This document shows positions 52,453 to 64,000 of a stretch of DNA of 64,000 nt, piece by piece. Origin of the DNA: Okamejei kenojei (lineage: Eukaryota); assembly GCA_035221665.1 (NCBI GenBank), contig CM069145.1:56978001-57042000 (forward strand). The letters run 5' to 3'. Position 1 is the stretch's first letter; every line of letters begins with the position of its first letter. The translations under genes were made by a program, and so were the position numbers. The notes under the pieces were generated by a model. That model searched no databases, was not told the origin of the DNA, and saw only the letters and a list, made by a program, of their open reading frames with translations.

Positions 52453-53060
52453 TAAGTAAGTAAGTAAGTAAGTAAGTTTATTGGCCAAGTATTCACATAC
52501 AAGGAATTTGCCTTGGTGCTCCGCCCACAAGTAACAACATGACATACAGTGACAGTTACGAATGACTCAGAAAGCACTAAACATTAATAATAATAAAATA
52601 TTAATGATAAAACACCATTGATCAAGCATGTGAACCAACAAAATACCAGATCAAAGGGAGACTACAGATTTTTGGCTGTTGAGTAGAGCAAGTACTCGTG
52701 GATAAAAACTGTTTTTTTGTCTGGATGTGGCCAGGGTGAGAGTGGTCAGAGATGATCTTGCGCGCTCGCTTCCTGGCCCTTGCAGTGTACAGTTAATCAA
52801 TGGAGGGAAGGTTGCAGCCAATAACCTAATCTGCTGATCGGACGATTCGCTGCAGGCTCCAGGTGTCGTGCTTGGTGGCTGAGCCAAACCAGACCATGAT
52901 GGAGAAGTTGAGGGCAGACTCTACGATGGCCGTGTAGAATTGGACCAACATTGCCTGTGGCAGATTGTGTAGGAAGTACATCCTCTGTTGTGCCTTTTTG
53001 ACTGTGGAGTCGATGGTAGCCCCCCACTTAAGATCCTTAAGGTAGCCCCCCACTTAAGGT
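52453..53060 (-). mobile_element. Rex1/Babar LINE 3' end with (TTAC)n tail
   Basis: DLKW..KKAQQRMYFL..FYTAIVESAL..VWFGS..LQRIVRSA and NSFYP peptides. Confidence 0.9.
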
Positions 53061-53814
53061 CCTACTACTGAGATTTCGAGATTAGACTGTAAAGTTTATG
53101 AATGGCGATTTCCATTCCAACTCTTGGAAACGTATTTATTACACCGAAATAGAAAGGGTGTGGAGGAGAATAGCTTGAACTTGGCCCGGCTATTAATGTC
53201 CAGGGTATAACTCGATAGACGTGAGATCACTGTTTTTACTATACGATGCTTACAAGTATGAAGAGCTGGTATTAGATGTGGAACTGTAGACCAACCCATT
53301 GTATATTCTCGTACACTCAACCACATTGAAATGTGCGGAAAATAAGCATGGCGTGATCACATACCATGATCTCCGAATCCTGATTCTAGGGTCCATTCAC
53401 TACAGGCAGGTTGCCGAATGCCACTCACCGCAAATGTAACTCGAGAATGTCGTAAAGAGTAGGATGTGAGTGAACAGCTTCGGAGACAGATAGGGGATGG
53501 GTAAACAAATTATACATTTTGCACAAAGAGTGAGTGGCATAACGTGGGGGAAACTGTGTAGACTATTTCATAATATGGAAAAGGGTCCCGTAACAGGGAG
53601 ACCTGTTATGTACAAACACAAGTACACAGACCCTGAGAGCACGAGGACATAAAGAGTTGATGCAATCCTTTACGTCCCTCGAACAAGTTCTGCTAATGAA
53701 CATGCTGGCTATTCTGATAATTGGCATCCATTTCTCATTCTTGCCTGATGTTCATAATCATTGAATGCCAGCTTTACCCGCTGCCCGTTTCCTCTCGCAT
53801 CCGGCACGTTGTTA

Positions 53815-56040
53815 CAGAGCTCAGAACTACGACCTTGGGCCCGAATTGTCCATGCTGATCGAGGTCCCCCATCTTACCTAGTTCCGCCTTCCAGTGTTTG
53901 GCCCATATCGCTCCAACGCTTCCTTATCCATGTACCTGCCCAAATGTATTTTAAATGTTGTTATAGTACCAGCCCCAACTACCTTATCTGGCCGCCCGAT
54001 ATATCTATCCGCCGTCATCTGTCGGGAAAAAGTTACTTCTCAGGTTCTTATGAAATCGTTGGCCTCTCACGTTAAATCAACTGGATGTCCTTTTATTGTT
54101 CATTCCCCAACAGTGGGTAAAAGCCACCGTGCGTTCACCGCTTCTGATTTTATACTGCTTCTGATTGTATACACAACTGCAAGATCATAGATACGTAGAT
54201 ACATCGACAGTAGTGCAGGAGTAGGCCATTCGGCCCTTTCCCATCCCTTTCCCAGCAAGCACTTCCATTCAATGTGATCATAACTGATCATCCACAAACA
54301 GTTACTGTCTTCCCCCATGCTCCTTGATTCCGCTAGCCCGAAGAGCTCTATCTAACTCTATGCTATCTAACTCTGAATGCATCTAATGAATCGGCCTCCA
54401 CACTTCTGATGCAGATAATTCCACAAATTCACAACTCTTTGTGTGAAAAAGTATTTCCTCATCTCAGTTCTAAATGGCCTACCCCTTATTCTTAAACTGT
54501 AGCCCCTGACTGTGGACTCCCCCAACATCGGGAACACGTTTCCTGCATCCAACGTGGCCCATCCCTTAACATAAGATCCCATCTCATCCTCCTAAATTCC
54601 GGTGAATACAAACCCAGTCGCTCCATTCTTTCATCACATGACAGTCCCGCCACGCCTGGAATTAACCCCGTGAACCGACGCTGCCGTCCCGCAATAGTAA
54701 GATTGTCCATCATATTAGGAGGGCAAACCTGCACACAAAACTTCAGGTGTGGTCTTACCAGGGCCCTGTACAACTGCAGAATGACCTCGTTACTCCTATA
54801 CTCAAATCCTTGCGTAATGTAGGCCAACATGCCATTAGCTTTCTTCGCTGCCTGTTGTACCTTATAGAAGGATCTTATAGAAACTTACAAAATGCTTAAG
54901 GGGTTGGATGGGCTAGATGCAGGAAGATTGTTCCCGATGTTGGGGAGGTCCAGAAAAAGGGGTCACGGTTTAAGAATGAGGAATTCCTTTAGGACCGAGA
55001 TGAGGAAAACATTTTTCACACAGAAAGTTGTGAGTCTGGAATTTTCTGCCACAGAAGGTAGTTGAGGCCAGTTCATTGGCTATATTTAAGAGGGAGTTTG
55101 ATGTGGCCCTTGTGGCTAAAAGGATCAGGGGGTATGGAGAGAAGGCAGGTACAGGATACTGACTTGGATGATCAGCCATGATCATATTGAATGGCGGTGC
55201 AGCCTCGAAGTGCAGAATGGCCTACTCCTGCACCTATTTTATATGTTTCTATGTTTCTATGTTTCTACCTGCATGCTTACTTTCAGTGGCTAATGTACAA
55301 GGACACCCAGGTCTCGTTGTACTTCCCCTTTTCCTAACCTGACACCATTCAGATAATCTTCAAAGAGCCCGAAGAAGGGTCTCGACCCGGAATGTCACCC
55401 ATTCCTTCTCTCCAGAGATGCTGCCTGAACCACTGAGTTACTCCAGCATTTTGTGTCCACCATTCGGATAATAATCTGCCTTCCCGTTCTTGCCAACAAA
55501 GTGGATAACCTCATATTTATCCACATTGTACGGCATCTGCCATGCACCCCTCAGCCTCCTGTGCTCCAAGGAATGAACTCTGAGCCGGCTCAACCTCTTC
55601 CTATCGCTCAGTTCCCCGAGTTCTAGCAGCATCCTCTGAAATCGTCTCTGCACATTTTCCAACTTAGTGACGCCCTTCCTATCCCAGTATGACAAAAACG
55701 GAACGCACTATTCCGAATGCTGCCTGCTCAACTTGGTGTACAATTGCAACATAACACCCCTACCTCTGTACTCGATGCTCTGATTGATGAAGACCAATGT
55801 ATGTAAAGCCTTCATCACCACACTATCTACAAATGGCGAACTTTCAGGTAACTATGTACCTGCACTCCTTGATCCCTCTGCTCTGCAACACCCTCCAGGG
55901 GCCTGTTATTCAATGTGTAGTTTCTGCTCTGGTTAGACTTTCCAAAACAAAACACGTGCTATTACCAGCATTAAACTCGGTTAGCCATTCCACAACTCAC
56001 ATGCTCAGCTGATCAAGATCCTGCTGTAATTTTTGACAAC
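53815..56040. mobile_element. Nested CR1 fragments, including a + strand copy (54863-55265) inserted in a - strand copy, and a Penelope terminus (55365-55460)
   Basis: TACCT at 54858-54862 and 55266-55270 flanks the + copy; CR1 peptides on both strands. Confidence 0.8.
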
Positions 56041-56654
56041 CAACATTTATACCTGGAATTTGTTTAGGTCGCCACCTCTGCAAGGCAAGTGGAATATGTG
56101 TTTAAAAATAATACTTAACTGTCCTGCAGGCATGATCACACCAACGTTCTGTGAAATTTCCTTCACTATCGCATATATTTTTACCGTGCAGGCCAAATTT
56201 CTATTTGCCTTTCTTATTTTTTGCAACCGCGTGTTAACAGTCTGTGTTTGTTCAACAAATGCACACAGCCGAGCGCCATGGAATGTTGCTTTACTATTCT
56301 TACCATGAAACTACATTTCTTAACATTACACGTCAGTCATCATTCTTTGCCAATCACTGAATGTTTCCAACATATCCATACCCTTTTCCGGCGTTGCGTT
56401 GTACAATCACATCCTATTTCTTCACTTTTCTTTATTCATTTCAACTGTAATAGTTCAGTCCTGATATCTAGTCCGGGAATAATATTTTATACATCGTATT
56501 CTTTCCAACCTTCGTCGCAGCGTGCCAACTTGAAAAGTATCCCAAATTTCATAAGAACCAGAATAAAAGACATGTTGGCGATGCTAGAAATTCGAAATGC
56601 AAACAATAGATGTGGAAGGCTAAGATTCCATTCTGATTTTCAAAAGATTATCGC

Positions 56655-58045
56655 TCGACAAAAAAGCTGGAGAAAGTCAGCGGGTGAGACAGCATCTATG
56701 GAGCGAAGGAATAGGTGACGTTTCGGGTCCAGAGACTTCTTCAGGATGATGACGAGGTGGGGGGGGGGGGACAGGAAAGGAAGAGGCGCAGACAGTAGGC
56801 TGCGGGAGAGCTGGGAAGGGGAGGGGAAGGATGGAGAATGCAAGGACTACCTGAAATTGGAGAAGTCAATGTTCATACCGCTGGAAGCGAAATATGAGGT
56901 GCTGCTCCTCCAATTTGCGGTGGGACTCACTCTGGCCATGGAGGACGCCTAGGACAGAAAGGTCGTTTCAGAATGGGAGGGGGAGTTGAAGCGTTGGGCC
57001 ACCGGAAAATCTGATTGTTTAGTGCGAACCGAGCGGAGGTGTTGGGCGAAGCGATCGCCAAGCCCAAGCTTGGTCACACCGATGTAGTGCAGCTGACAAC
57101 CAGCAGCGGACGCAATTGATGAGGTTGGAGGAGGTGCAGGTGAACCACTGCCTCGCCTGGAAAGACTGCTAGGGCCCTTGGATTAAGTCAATGGGGGAGG
57201 TAAAACAATAAGTGTAGCATTTCCTGCGGTTGCAAGGGAAAGTGGTGGATTGGGTGGGAAGGGACGAATTGACCAGGGAGTTACATAGGGAGTGGTCTCT
57301 TCGGAAACCCGAAAGGGGAGGAGATGGGAAGATGTGACTTTGCTACGAGTGGGGGGATAGGGATTGAGAGCGGAGCTACGAATACAGAGGAGACCCTGGT
57401 GGGAGCCTGATCGGCGTAGACTAGGAATTGGGAGTAGGGGATAGAGCCTTTACAGGAAGCAGGGTGGAAAGTGTAGTCCAGATAGCCATGGGAGTCAGTG
57501 GGTTTGTAGTAGATGTCGGTCAGTAGTCTGTTCCTGTGATGGAGATAGTGAGGCCTAGATAGGGTAGGGAGATGTCGGAAATGATCCAGGTGAATTGGAT
57601 GGATGTTAGTGGTGGATGGATGTTAGTCGTGAAATGGATGAAGTCAGTGAGTTCTGCACGGATGCAGGAGGTAACACCAATGCACTCATCGATGTAGCAG
57701 AGGTAAAGGTTCGGGGATAGGGCCACGTTCCGCCTGGAACAAGGATTGTTCTATGTATCCTACAAAGAGACAGGCATAGCTGGGACCCATGCGCGTGCCC
57801 ATAGCTACGTCAGGACCAGCTCTGCTAGGCGGAGGAGAGTATTTGTAGACCGGGATTTGTTGGTTCTGCGTCGAACAAAAAACGGAGGGCTTAAAGACCC
57901 TCCTGATGGGGGATTGAGGTGCAGAGTGACTGGACATCCATGGTGAAAGTGAGGGAGTTGGGACCTGGAAAACGGAAGTCATGGAGGAAACGAAGATCGT
58001 GTGAGGTGCCTTGGACATAGGTAGGGAGGAATTTGACCAGGGGGG
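56655..58045 (-). mobile_element. Penelope-like element, decayed RT and GIY-YIG with terminal repeat
   Basis: VAMGTRMGPSYACLFVGYIEQ, YIDECIG, YYKPTDSH, YIGVTK; terminus CCTGAAGAAG..GACCCGAAACGTCACC on the minus strand. Confidence 0.88.
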
Positions 58046-58394
58046 GGGGGGATAGGAGGTATGATCATGAATCTGAACAGTAATTCAGTTTCAAGATTTC
58101 AAGATTTCAAGGTTTCAAGGTCAGTTTATTATCATGTACCAATTAAGGTACAGTGAAGTTCGAATTACCATACAGCCATACTAAAAAAAAGCAGCAAGAC
58201 ACACAGCTACATAAACGTTAACTTAAGCGATCCTACCGTACACTGGGAAGGTCGTGCTCTGACACTCTTTGCCAAAATGCAACGTCACAATATCAGAACA
58301 AAACTCTATGGACCACTCCACTGTACACATGCCCAGCTGGTCAAAATCTTGGGGCAATCCACGACAACCATTTTCACTTCCAAGCGATATGTTG

Positions 58395-59927
58395 GAAGTG
58401 TAGAAATAGCAGGAGCTATGACAGAAATATTTCAAATGTCATTAGAAACGGGAATAGTGCCGGAGGATTGGCGTACTGCGCATGTTGTTCCATTGTTTAA
58501 AAAGGGTTCAAAGAATAAACCTAGCAATTATAGACGTATTAGTTTGACGTCAGTGGTGGACAAATTAATGGAAAGGATACTTAGAGATAATATATATAAG
58601 CATCTGGATAAACAGGGTCTGATCAGGAACAGTCAACATGGATTTGTGCCTGGAAGGTCATGTTTGACAAACCTTCTTGAATTTTTTGAAGCGGTAACTA
58701 GGGAAATTGATGAGGGTAAAGCAGTGGATGTTGTCTATATGGATTTCAGTAAGGCCTTTGACAAGGTTCCCATGGAAGGTTGGTTAAGAAGGTTCAATCT
58801 TTGGGTGTTAATGGCGGAGTAGCAAGATGGATTCAACAGTGGCTGAATGGGAGATGTCAGAGAGTAATGGTGGATGGCTGTTTGTCAGGTTGGAAGCCGG
58901 TGACCAGTGGGGTGCCTCAGGGATCTGTGTTGGGTCCACTGTTGTTTGTCATGTACATCAATGATCTGGATGATGGGGTGGAAAATTGGATAAGTAAGTA
59001 TGCAGATGATACTAAGATAGGTGGTGTTGTGGATAATGAAATAGATTTTCAAAGTCTACAGAGAGATTTGGGCCATTTGGAAAAGTGGGCTGAAAGATGG
59101 CAGATGGAGTTTAATGGTGATAAGTGTGAAGTGCTACATCTTGGCAGGACAAATCAAAATAGGACGTACATGGTAAATGGTAGGGAATTGAGGAATGCTG
59201 TGGAACAGAGGGATCTAGGAATAACTGTGCATAGTTCCCTGAAGGTGGAATCGCATCTAGATAGGGTGGTAAAGAAAGCCTTCGGTGTGCTGGCCTTTAT
59301 AAATCAGAGCATTGAATATAGGAGTAGGGAAGTAATGTTAAAATTGTACAAGGCATTCGTAAGACCAATTCTGGAGTATGGTGTACAATTTTGGTCGCCT
59401 AGTTATAGGAAGGATGTCAACAAAATAGAGAGAGTACAGAGGAGATTTACTAGAATGTTGCCAGGGTTCCAGCAACTCTGTTACAGAGAAAGGTTGAACA
59501 AGTTAGGTCTTTATTCTTTGGAGCGCAGAAGGTTAAGGGGGTACTTGATTGAGGTCTTTAAAATGATGAAAGGGATAGACAGAGTTGACGTGGATAAGCT
59601 TTTCCCATTGAGGGTAGGGAAGATTCAAATAAGAGGGCATGACATGAGAATTAAGGGACAGAAGTTTAGGGGTAACGTGAGGGGGAACTTCTTTACTCAG
59701 AGGGTGGTGGCTGTGTGGAATGAGCTTCCAGTAGAAGTGGTGGAGGCAGGATCGATTTTAACATTTAAAAGTAAAGTGGATAGGTATATGGACGTGAAGG
59801 GAATGGAGGGGTATGGTCTGAGTGCAGGTAGATGGGACTAGGGGAAAACAAATGGTCGGCACGGACTGGAAGGGCCGAGAGGGCCTGTTTCCGTGCTGTA
59901 ATTGTTATATGGTTATATGGTTATATA
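58395..59927 (+). mobile_element. CR1 family B, RT domain with a single frameshift and 3' tail
   Basis: ORFs 58277-58822 and 58780-59841 (YMDFSKAFDKVP, GVPQGSVLGP, YADD); (TTATATGG)n tail. Confidence 0.95.
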
Positions 59928-60885
59928 TCACCTACTTCAATTTAGTCTCCAAACTCTCGCATAGTGGCCTTGTACATTCTAATTCAATTCGTCGATATGG
60001 ATAACATCAATATGCATGATAAAGGTGAGCATTGGCATGGTAGTATTTAATATACTAGATGTGGCCTGTGCAGAAATCCTTTGCAATTGCTATTTAGCTT
60101 TGCATCTTTTCATTTAGACACTTCACGGAACAGTAAAAAAATGCCATCCTATAATTTCTATCGATGAGCCTTTGCGACAGCATTCTAGGCAAATCATTGG
60201 TTTATGTTGAAGATTGGGAACCTCCGGGTAGCGACTTCTTATATTTTCTCGCAGTAATGTCGTGGACAGTGAGAGCAGCGCTTTCGAATTTCTTTGGAAA
60301 CCATTTTCAATTAATAAGACTGGCACAATTATTCGATTGTACACTTCCTCAGCAGCCATCTTGGTCGACCTTAATTAATTTATCCACCTCTGATATTATT
60401 CCCCAGTCATATACCTATTCATCCATTTGCTTTCTGTGCACCGTAGTGTATCTAAATTCCCCACGCCATCGCTTTATCGACTGTGTGAACTAATTTCCGG
60501 AATTCGGTATTCGAATGAATTTAGCAAAGTCCCCAAAACAAGAAATCATCAAGGCCCTTCGAAATTGGGCTCTCGAGAGAAGGATTAATCGGGACTCAGA
60601 GCGAAGAGCTCAATTTTAGTGCTACTATTTTTTTGTTCTCTATCAAATCTTATTTAATTTCGCAATGATGTTTAACTCAAACTAAACGACTTGTTATCTG
60701 AATCGGATTCTTAGCCTTGGCTACGTTTGTTATTTCGGTAGGCTAAAAATCACCAGAAGCTTAAACCAAGAGAGTGCACGAACATTTTCTATATCTCTGC
60801 CAACATATTCATGTTAATACACTGCAGATTCCAGCGAATTGATAGCAGAAAAGGGGGACATATTTTTTGCTATCACCCGAAATGT

Positions 60886-60950
60886 ATTTGCAGTCAGTGC
60901 AGTTTCACAACGCCTTAATGCAAATGAGCACTGACTGTGGAGGTTTATAA
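60886..60950 (+). promoter_or_regulatory. IgNAR V promoter: octamer ATGCAAAT (60918-60925) and TATA box (TTTATAA, 60944-60950)
   Basis: Perfect octamer about 20 bp upstream of TATA; TATA about 95 bp upstream of the leader ATG. Confidence 0.8.
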
Positions 60951-61043
60951 GGTCTTCGCTGAGAGCCGCATGGTTACACAGACAGTGGGCGCTAAGGTCC
61001 AGTACCCTCTCTGCTTAACCATTGTTTTATCGTGAAAAAAAAC

Positions 61044-61086
61044 ATGAATATTTTTTGTGTTTCAATACTTTTGGCCTGGTTACAGA
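61044..61086 (+). CDS. IgNAR: IgNAR leader exon (MNIFCVSILLAWLQ)
   Basis: Hydrophobic signal peptide resembling shark IgNAR leaders (MNIFLLSVLLA..); phase-1 donor GTGAGT at 61087. Confidence 0.9.
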
Positions 61087-61221
61087 GTGAGTGCAGTTTG
61101 ATTTTAAAATATTATGAATTGTAATAGTGCAGTACGTCCATCTTGTGCGTCTGTCATTATGTGTTGAATCTTACATTATTTCAAATAAGCAATGTATTAA
61201 ATATGGGGTTTCTCTTTTCAG

Positions 61222-61491
61222 ATGCCTACAGTGTACATGTAGAACAAACACCGAGTTCGGCAACGAAAGAATCCGGCGAAACTCTGACCATCAATTGTGT
61301 TTTACGTGATAGCAGCTACGGGCTGTATGACACAGCATGGTTCCGGCAAACACCGGGTCAATCGGAACGGGATAGCCTAACGATTGGAGGACGATACGTT
61401 GAAACATTCAACTGTCGACAAAACACCTTTTCCCTGCAGATCAGGAAACTGGTCGTTGAAGACACGGCCACGTACACCTGCAGAGGATGGG
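61222..61491 (+). CDS. IgNAR: IgNAR variable (VNAR) germline exon
   Basis: Acceptor TCTCTTTTCAG; (N)AYS-VHVEQTPSSATKESGETLTINCVLRD..WFRQ..GGRYVETFN..FSLQI..EDTATYTC; Cys22, Trp36 and Cys83 with the C'-C'' (CDR2) deletion typical of VNAR; frame open. Confidence 0.95.
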
Positions 61492-61529
61492 CACTGTAGT
61501 TAACCTGCAGCTCATGCAATACAAAAATA
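61492..61529 (+). promoter_or_regulatory. V 3' recombination signal sequence, 22-bp spacer
   Basis: CACTGTA, 22 bp, ACAAAAATA. Confidence 0.88.
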
Positions 61530-61728
61530 CTGTATTTCTCTTTCTCTGAAGAAATAACGAATCGCTTCATTTTAATTGAACATAAAATTACCAAAGTAGC
61601 TACCGAATCCTGTGCCGGACGAGGGCAGATTGGCAATGAGTGGTCAGATGTGGTGACACCCGACGCATGCCGAAGTCGAAAGAGTTGGATGTGCAGTTTC
61701 GTCGTTTAACGAGTAGCGCAGGTGGATC

Positions 61729-61809
61729 TATTATTGTGCTGGGCTTTACCACTGTGAACAGTGCAGAAAACCACAGTGACGAATCTTCAATTCCCGTAAT
61801 ACATAAAGC
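61729..61809 (+). other. IgNAR: D1 segment (61757-61771, AACAGTGCAGAAAAC) with 12-RSS and 22-RSS
   Basis: TATTATTGT-12-CACTGTG | D | CACAGTG-22-ACATAAAGC. Confidence 0.9.
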
Positions 61810-62131
61810 GCCCGAGAAGTTCTTAATGGAAAATGAATACGAAACATTTCTTCAGCAATTGAAATCGTAATTACCAAATACCCACTGCTTTACCAAACAC
61901 TGCTCGACATATCAGAGTTTTATCTCCGTATACTTCGTGATTGTTATATAAATGCTACCGTCGTATTCAAAACAGAACGTTGATATTTACCAAAATATCT
62001 TGAGTGGCTTAGAGTTATAATCATCTACTGGATACTAAGTTGTCAAAACAACGAAACAACCGTTTCCACTGCAACATTCGATAAATAATGTGGAATATCT
62101 GGAGGAGTTTAAGCACAATTTTCAACAGTGG

Positions 62132-62198
62132 AGTTATTGTGCTTATGTGAAATGGTGTGGGGAACAAATACACAGAAGCTCAAGCCATTACAAAAACA
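62132..62198 (+). other. IgNAR: D2 segment (62160-62170, GGGAACAAATA) with 12-RSS on both sides
   Basis: AGTTATTGT-12-TGGTGTG | D | CACAGAA-12-ACAAAAACA. Confidence 0.85.
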
Positions 62199-62512
62199 TA
62201 TTCAGCAGTGTATTGGTGCCCCATCCGTGAATGGAGTCTTTCTGCTCAGAGATATTGTTGGATATGGTGTCAAGTTAAGTTTTCTTCTTTGCTTCCAATG
62301 TACACACATTCCCACTGTTCAATTAGCGGAATTCCGTTTTCCGGACCACACGACATGGCATTGCAACAAATAACGATCAGGGAAAAAGTTAAGATTATAA
62401 GGATGAAAACTGAAGGAAACAACGAATGATTTTACCGACCGCAACCCATCAATTAACGTTTTGTAGTTATATCATTTTGGAGAACCTATTGCAACACCTT
62501 ATCTTTAATGAC

Positions 62513-62551
62513 AATTTTTGTCCTGGGCTTACGAGGAAGTGAATCATTGTG
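62513..62551 (-). promoter_or_regulatory. J 5' recombination signal sequence, 23-bp spacer
   Basis: AATTTTTGT, 23 bp, CATTGTG (read on the + strand). Confidence 0.88.
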
Positions 62552-62592
62552 TGACCACTACGGAGCAGGCACAAAGCTGACTGTGAAACCTG
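62552..62592 (+). CDS. IgNAR: IgNAR J segment (DHYGAGTKLTVKP)
   Basis: GxGT.LTV motif preceded by Tyr rather than Trp/Phe; phase-1 donor GTAAGT at 62593. Confidence 0.92.
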
Positions 62593-63559
62593 GTAAGTTA
62601 CCTTTTTTTGTGATATTTAATACTTTCACTTTGGTATTCCTTTGGTTTATTTTCGCTCAAGCGATAAGAACCATTTAGATTATCGATGAATTGGTGTGAA
62701 TTGTGAATTATAGTGTATTTTTGGAATATTGGCTTGATTCTCTGTCAGTTTAGTTCGCTTAAATATCAATATTACATTGCATTCCTCAGCTGGACCAAAG
62801 GCTAACTCAACAAAAATGTAATTTTGCAAAACGAAATCTACAAATGTTCCTCGTACAGCACTTGTCGTCCCAACCCCCGATAACGTACCCGATAACAGCT
62901 GTTGCAGTATTATTATCAAAATAGGTATTAATATGTTGACATATAGGAGTTTGAATTAACTAACAGGCGCGACCAATATAGATTTATATGCAGGAAACAT
63001 GGCCTCTCAAAGGAGGATTTTGTGTTTGTTATGGTGCGGGTAACATAAAACCTTGAATGGGCATTGAGCGCCAGTGAAGAATTAAGTCAATAGAAATGTA
63101 AACAGCATTTCGTCAACTTCTAGTCAGAGGAATTGCCAAGCAGACCTTCGTTGGGAAAAATGTGTTTACTTTCTGCAATGGGGAAAATAATCTGCTCTTC
63201 AGAAATTAAAAACATGACATAATTTCAATCAGCGCGTTTTAGCTCAGAATAAAGTAGCTGATAATATTCTTTGAAGTTTTCAGTCGCTAATACTAGTGAT
63301 CATGCGGGTGATATTTCAACGTTGATGATCGGAGTGTTCGAGGTTTTTCGTGCTGTGTGAAATAAGTTCTACATACAAACCAAGAAGATGCACTGAATCT
63401 AATAACATGCTCAATGCAGCATTCACAAAACAGGACATAGAAATATCCTGGGTCTATCCCCTCCCACCAAATGTTGATCGGTCAATTCGCAACGTATTAC
63501 AATCGATCATAAGATAAGCTGCATTGCAGTTGACTGGATGACATGTCATTGTTTCTGTG

Positions 63560-64000
63560 TAGCTCACGGCATCGAATACAAGAAAGCACATCCTATGTGT
63601 AGCAATGTAAAATTTTGAGATTTTAAAAATCAAGTCTGCAATTTATCCCATCAGATAAAGCATAAAACGAAGTTTAATTTGGCACCTATTTCACTTTCAT
63701 ATCTTCAGTATCAAGACAGTTATGGCCATATTTATAATCGGAAATTAGCATCTTGTTCCCCATTGCCTTTCCATTGAATTAACACAAAAGCTGTGATCGA
63801 GGACAGTCAAAAGCCCATAACTTTCTTAAAAATTAAGAGAACTCAATTATTATAGATTGAAGCATTCTGAAACAAATATGAAACAATCTTACTTGGATGA
63901 CCTGAAATTAAAGCATATAATTAGTTAGTTCTCTTATTGTAGCTAATTACAAATTCAATTACTAGATCCAAACATCTATCCATTTCTTAAGAAATGATAA
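63560..64000. mobile_element. Probable AT-rich non-autonomous DNA transposon in the J-C intron
   Basis: Inverted motifs AGTTATGG and CCATAACT; no coding signal; runs off the window. Confidence 0.3.

Noticed and set aside
59822-60004. Recurrent peptide MQVDGTRGKQMVGTDWKGREGLFPCC (also at 14277 and 40893)
   Set aside because: Alternative-frame translation of the CR1 family B 3' end, not a host gene.
61143-61499. 118-aa single-exon ORF from the ORF track
   Set aside because: Its 5' part is intron read-through and its end runs into the RSS; the real structure is leader exon 61044-61086 spliced to 61222.
61810-62130. A third D segment (CACTGC motifs near 61883, 61898 and 62067)
   Set aside because: No back-to-back heptamers with correctly spaced nonamers; D1-D2 spacing already matches the D2-J distance.
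62600-64000. IgNAR C1 exon, TCR-delta V or intronic enhancer
   Set aside because: No Ig-domain reading frame seen; a few E-boxes alone are not enough evidence.

Overview
Repeat-dense cartilaginous-fish DNA, most likely skate or ray, judged from the CR1 LINE families, HE1/V-SINEs, Penelope termini and an IgNAR-type gene. Most of the window is nested retroelements (CR1, L2, Rex1/Babar, Vingi, HERO, Penelope) and Tc1 relics. Host-gene relics are two tandem GPR139-like GPCR pseudogenes (11.7-12.4 kb and 18.1-19.8 kb) and a C2H2 zinc-finger pseudogene (about 21.6-22.1 kb). The one apparently intact locus is an unrearranged germline IgNAR (single-domain heavy-chain antibody) cluster at 60.9-62.6 kb. 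It has an octamer+TATA promoter, split leader, VNAR exon, two D segments and a J, all with 12/23-compatible RSSs; constant exons lie outside the window. Unusual points: (1) only two D segments, in an IgM-like V22-12D22-12D12-23J layout; (2) a non-canonical HV4 cysteine; (3) a VH-type octamer inside a dyad; (4) many short foldback Penelope termini carrying minimal hammerhead-ribozyme cores on both strands. All calls were read by eye with no database searches, and repeat boundaries are approximate.
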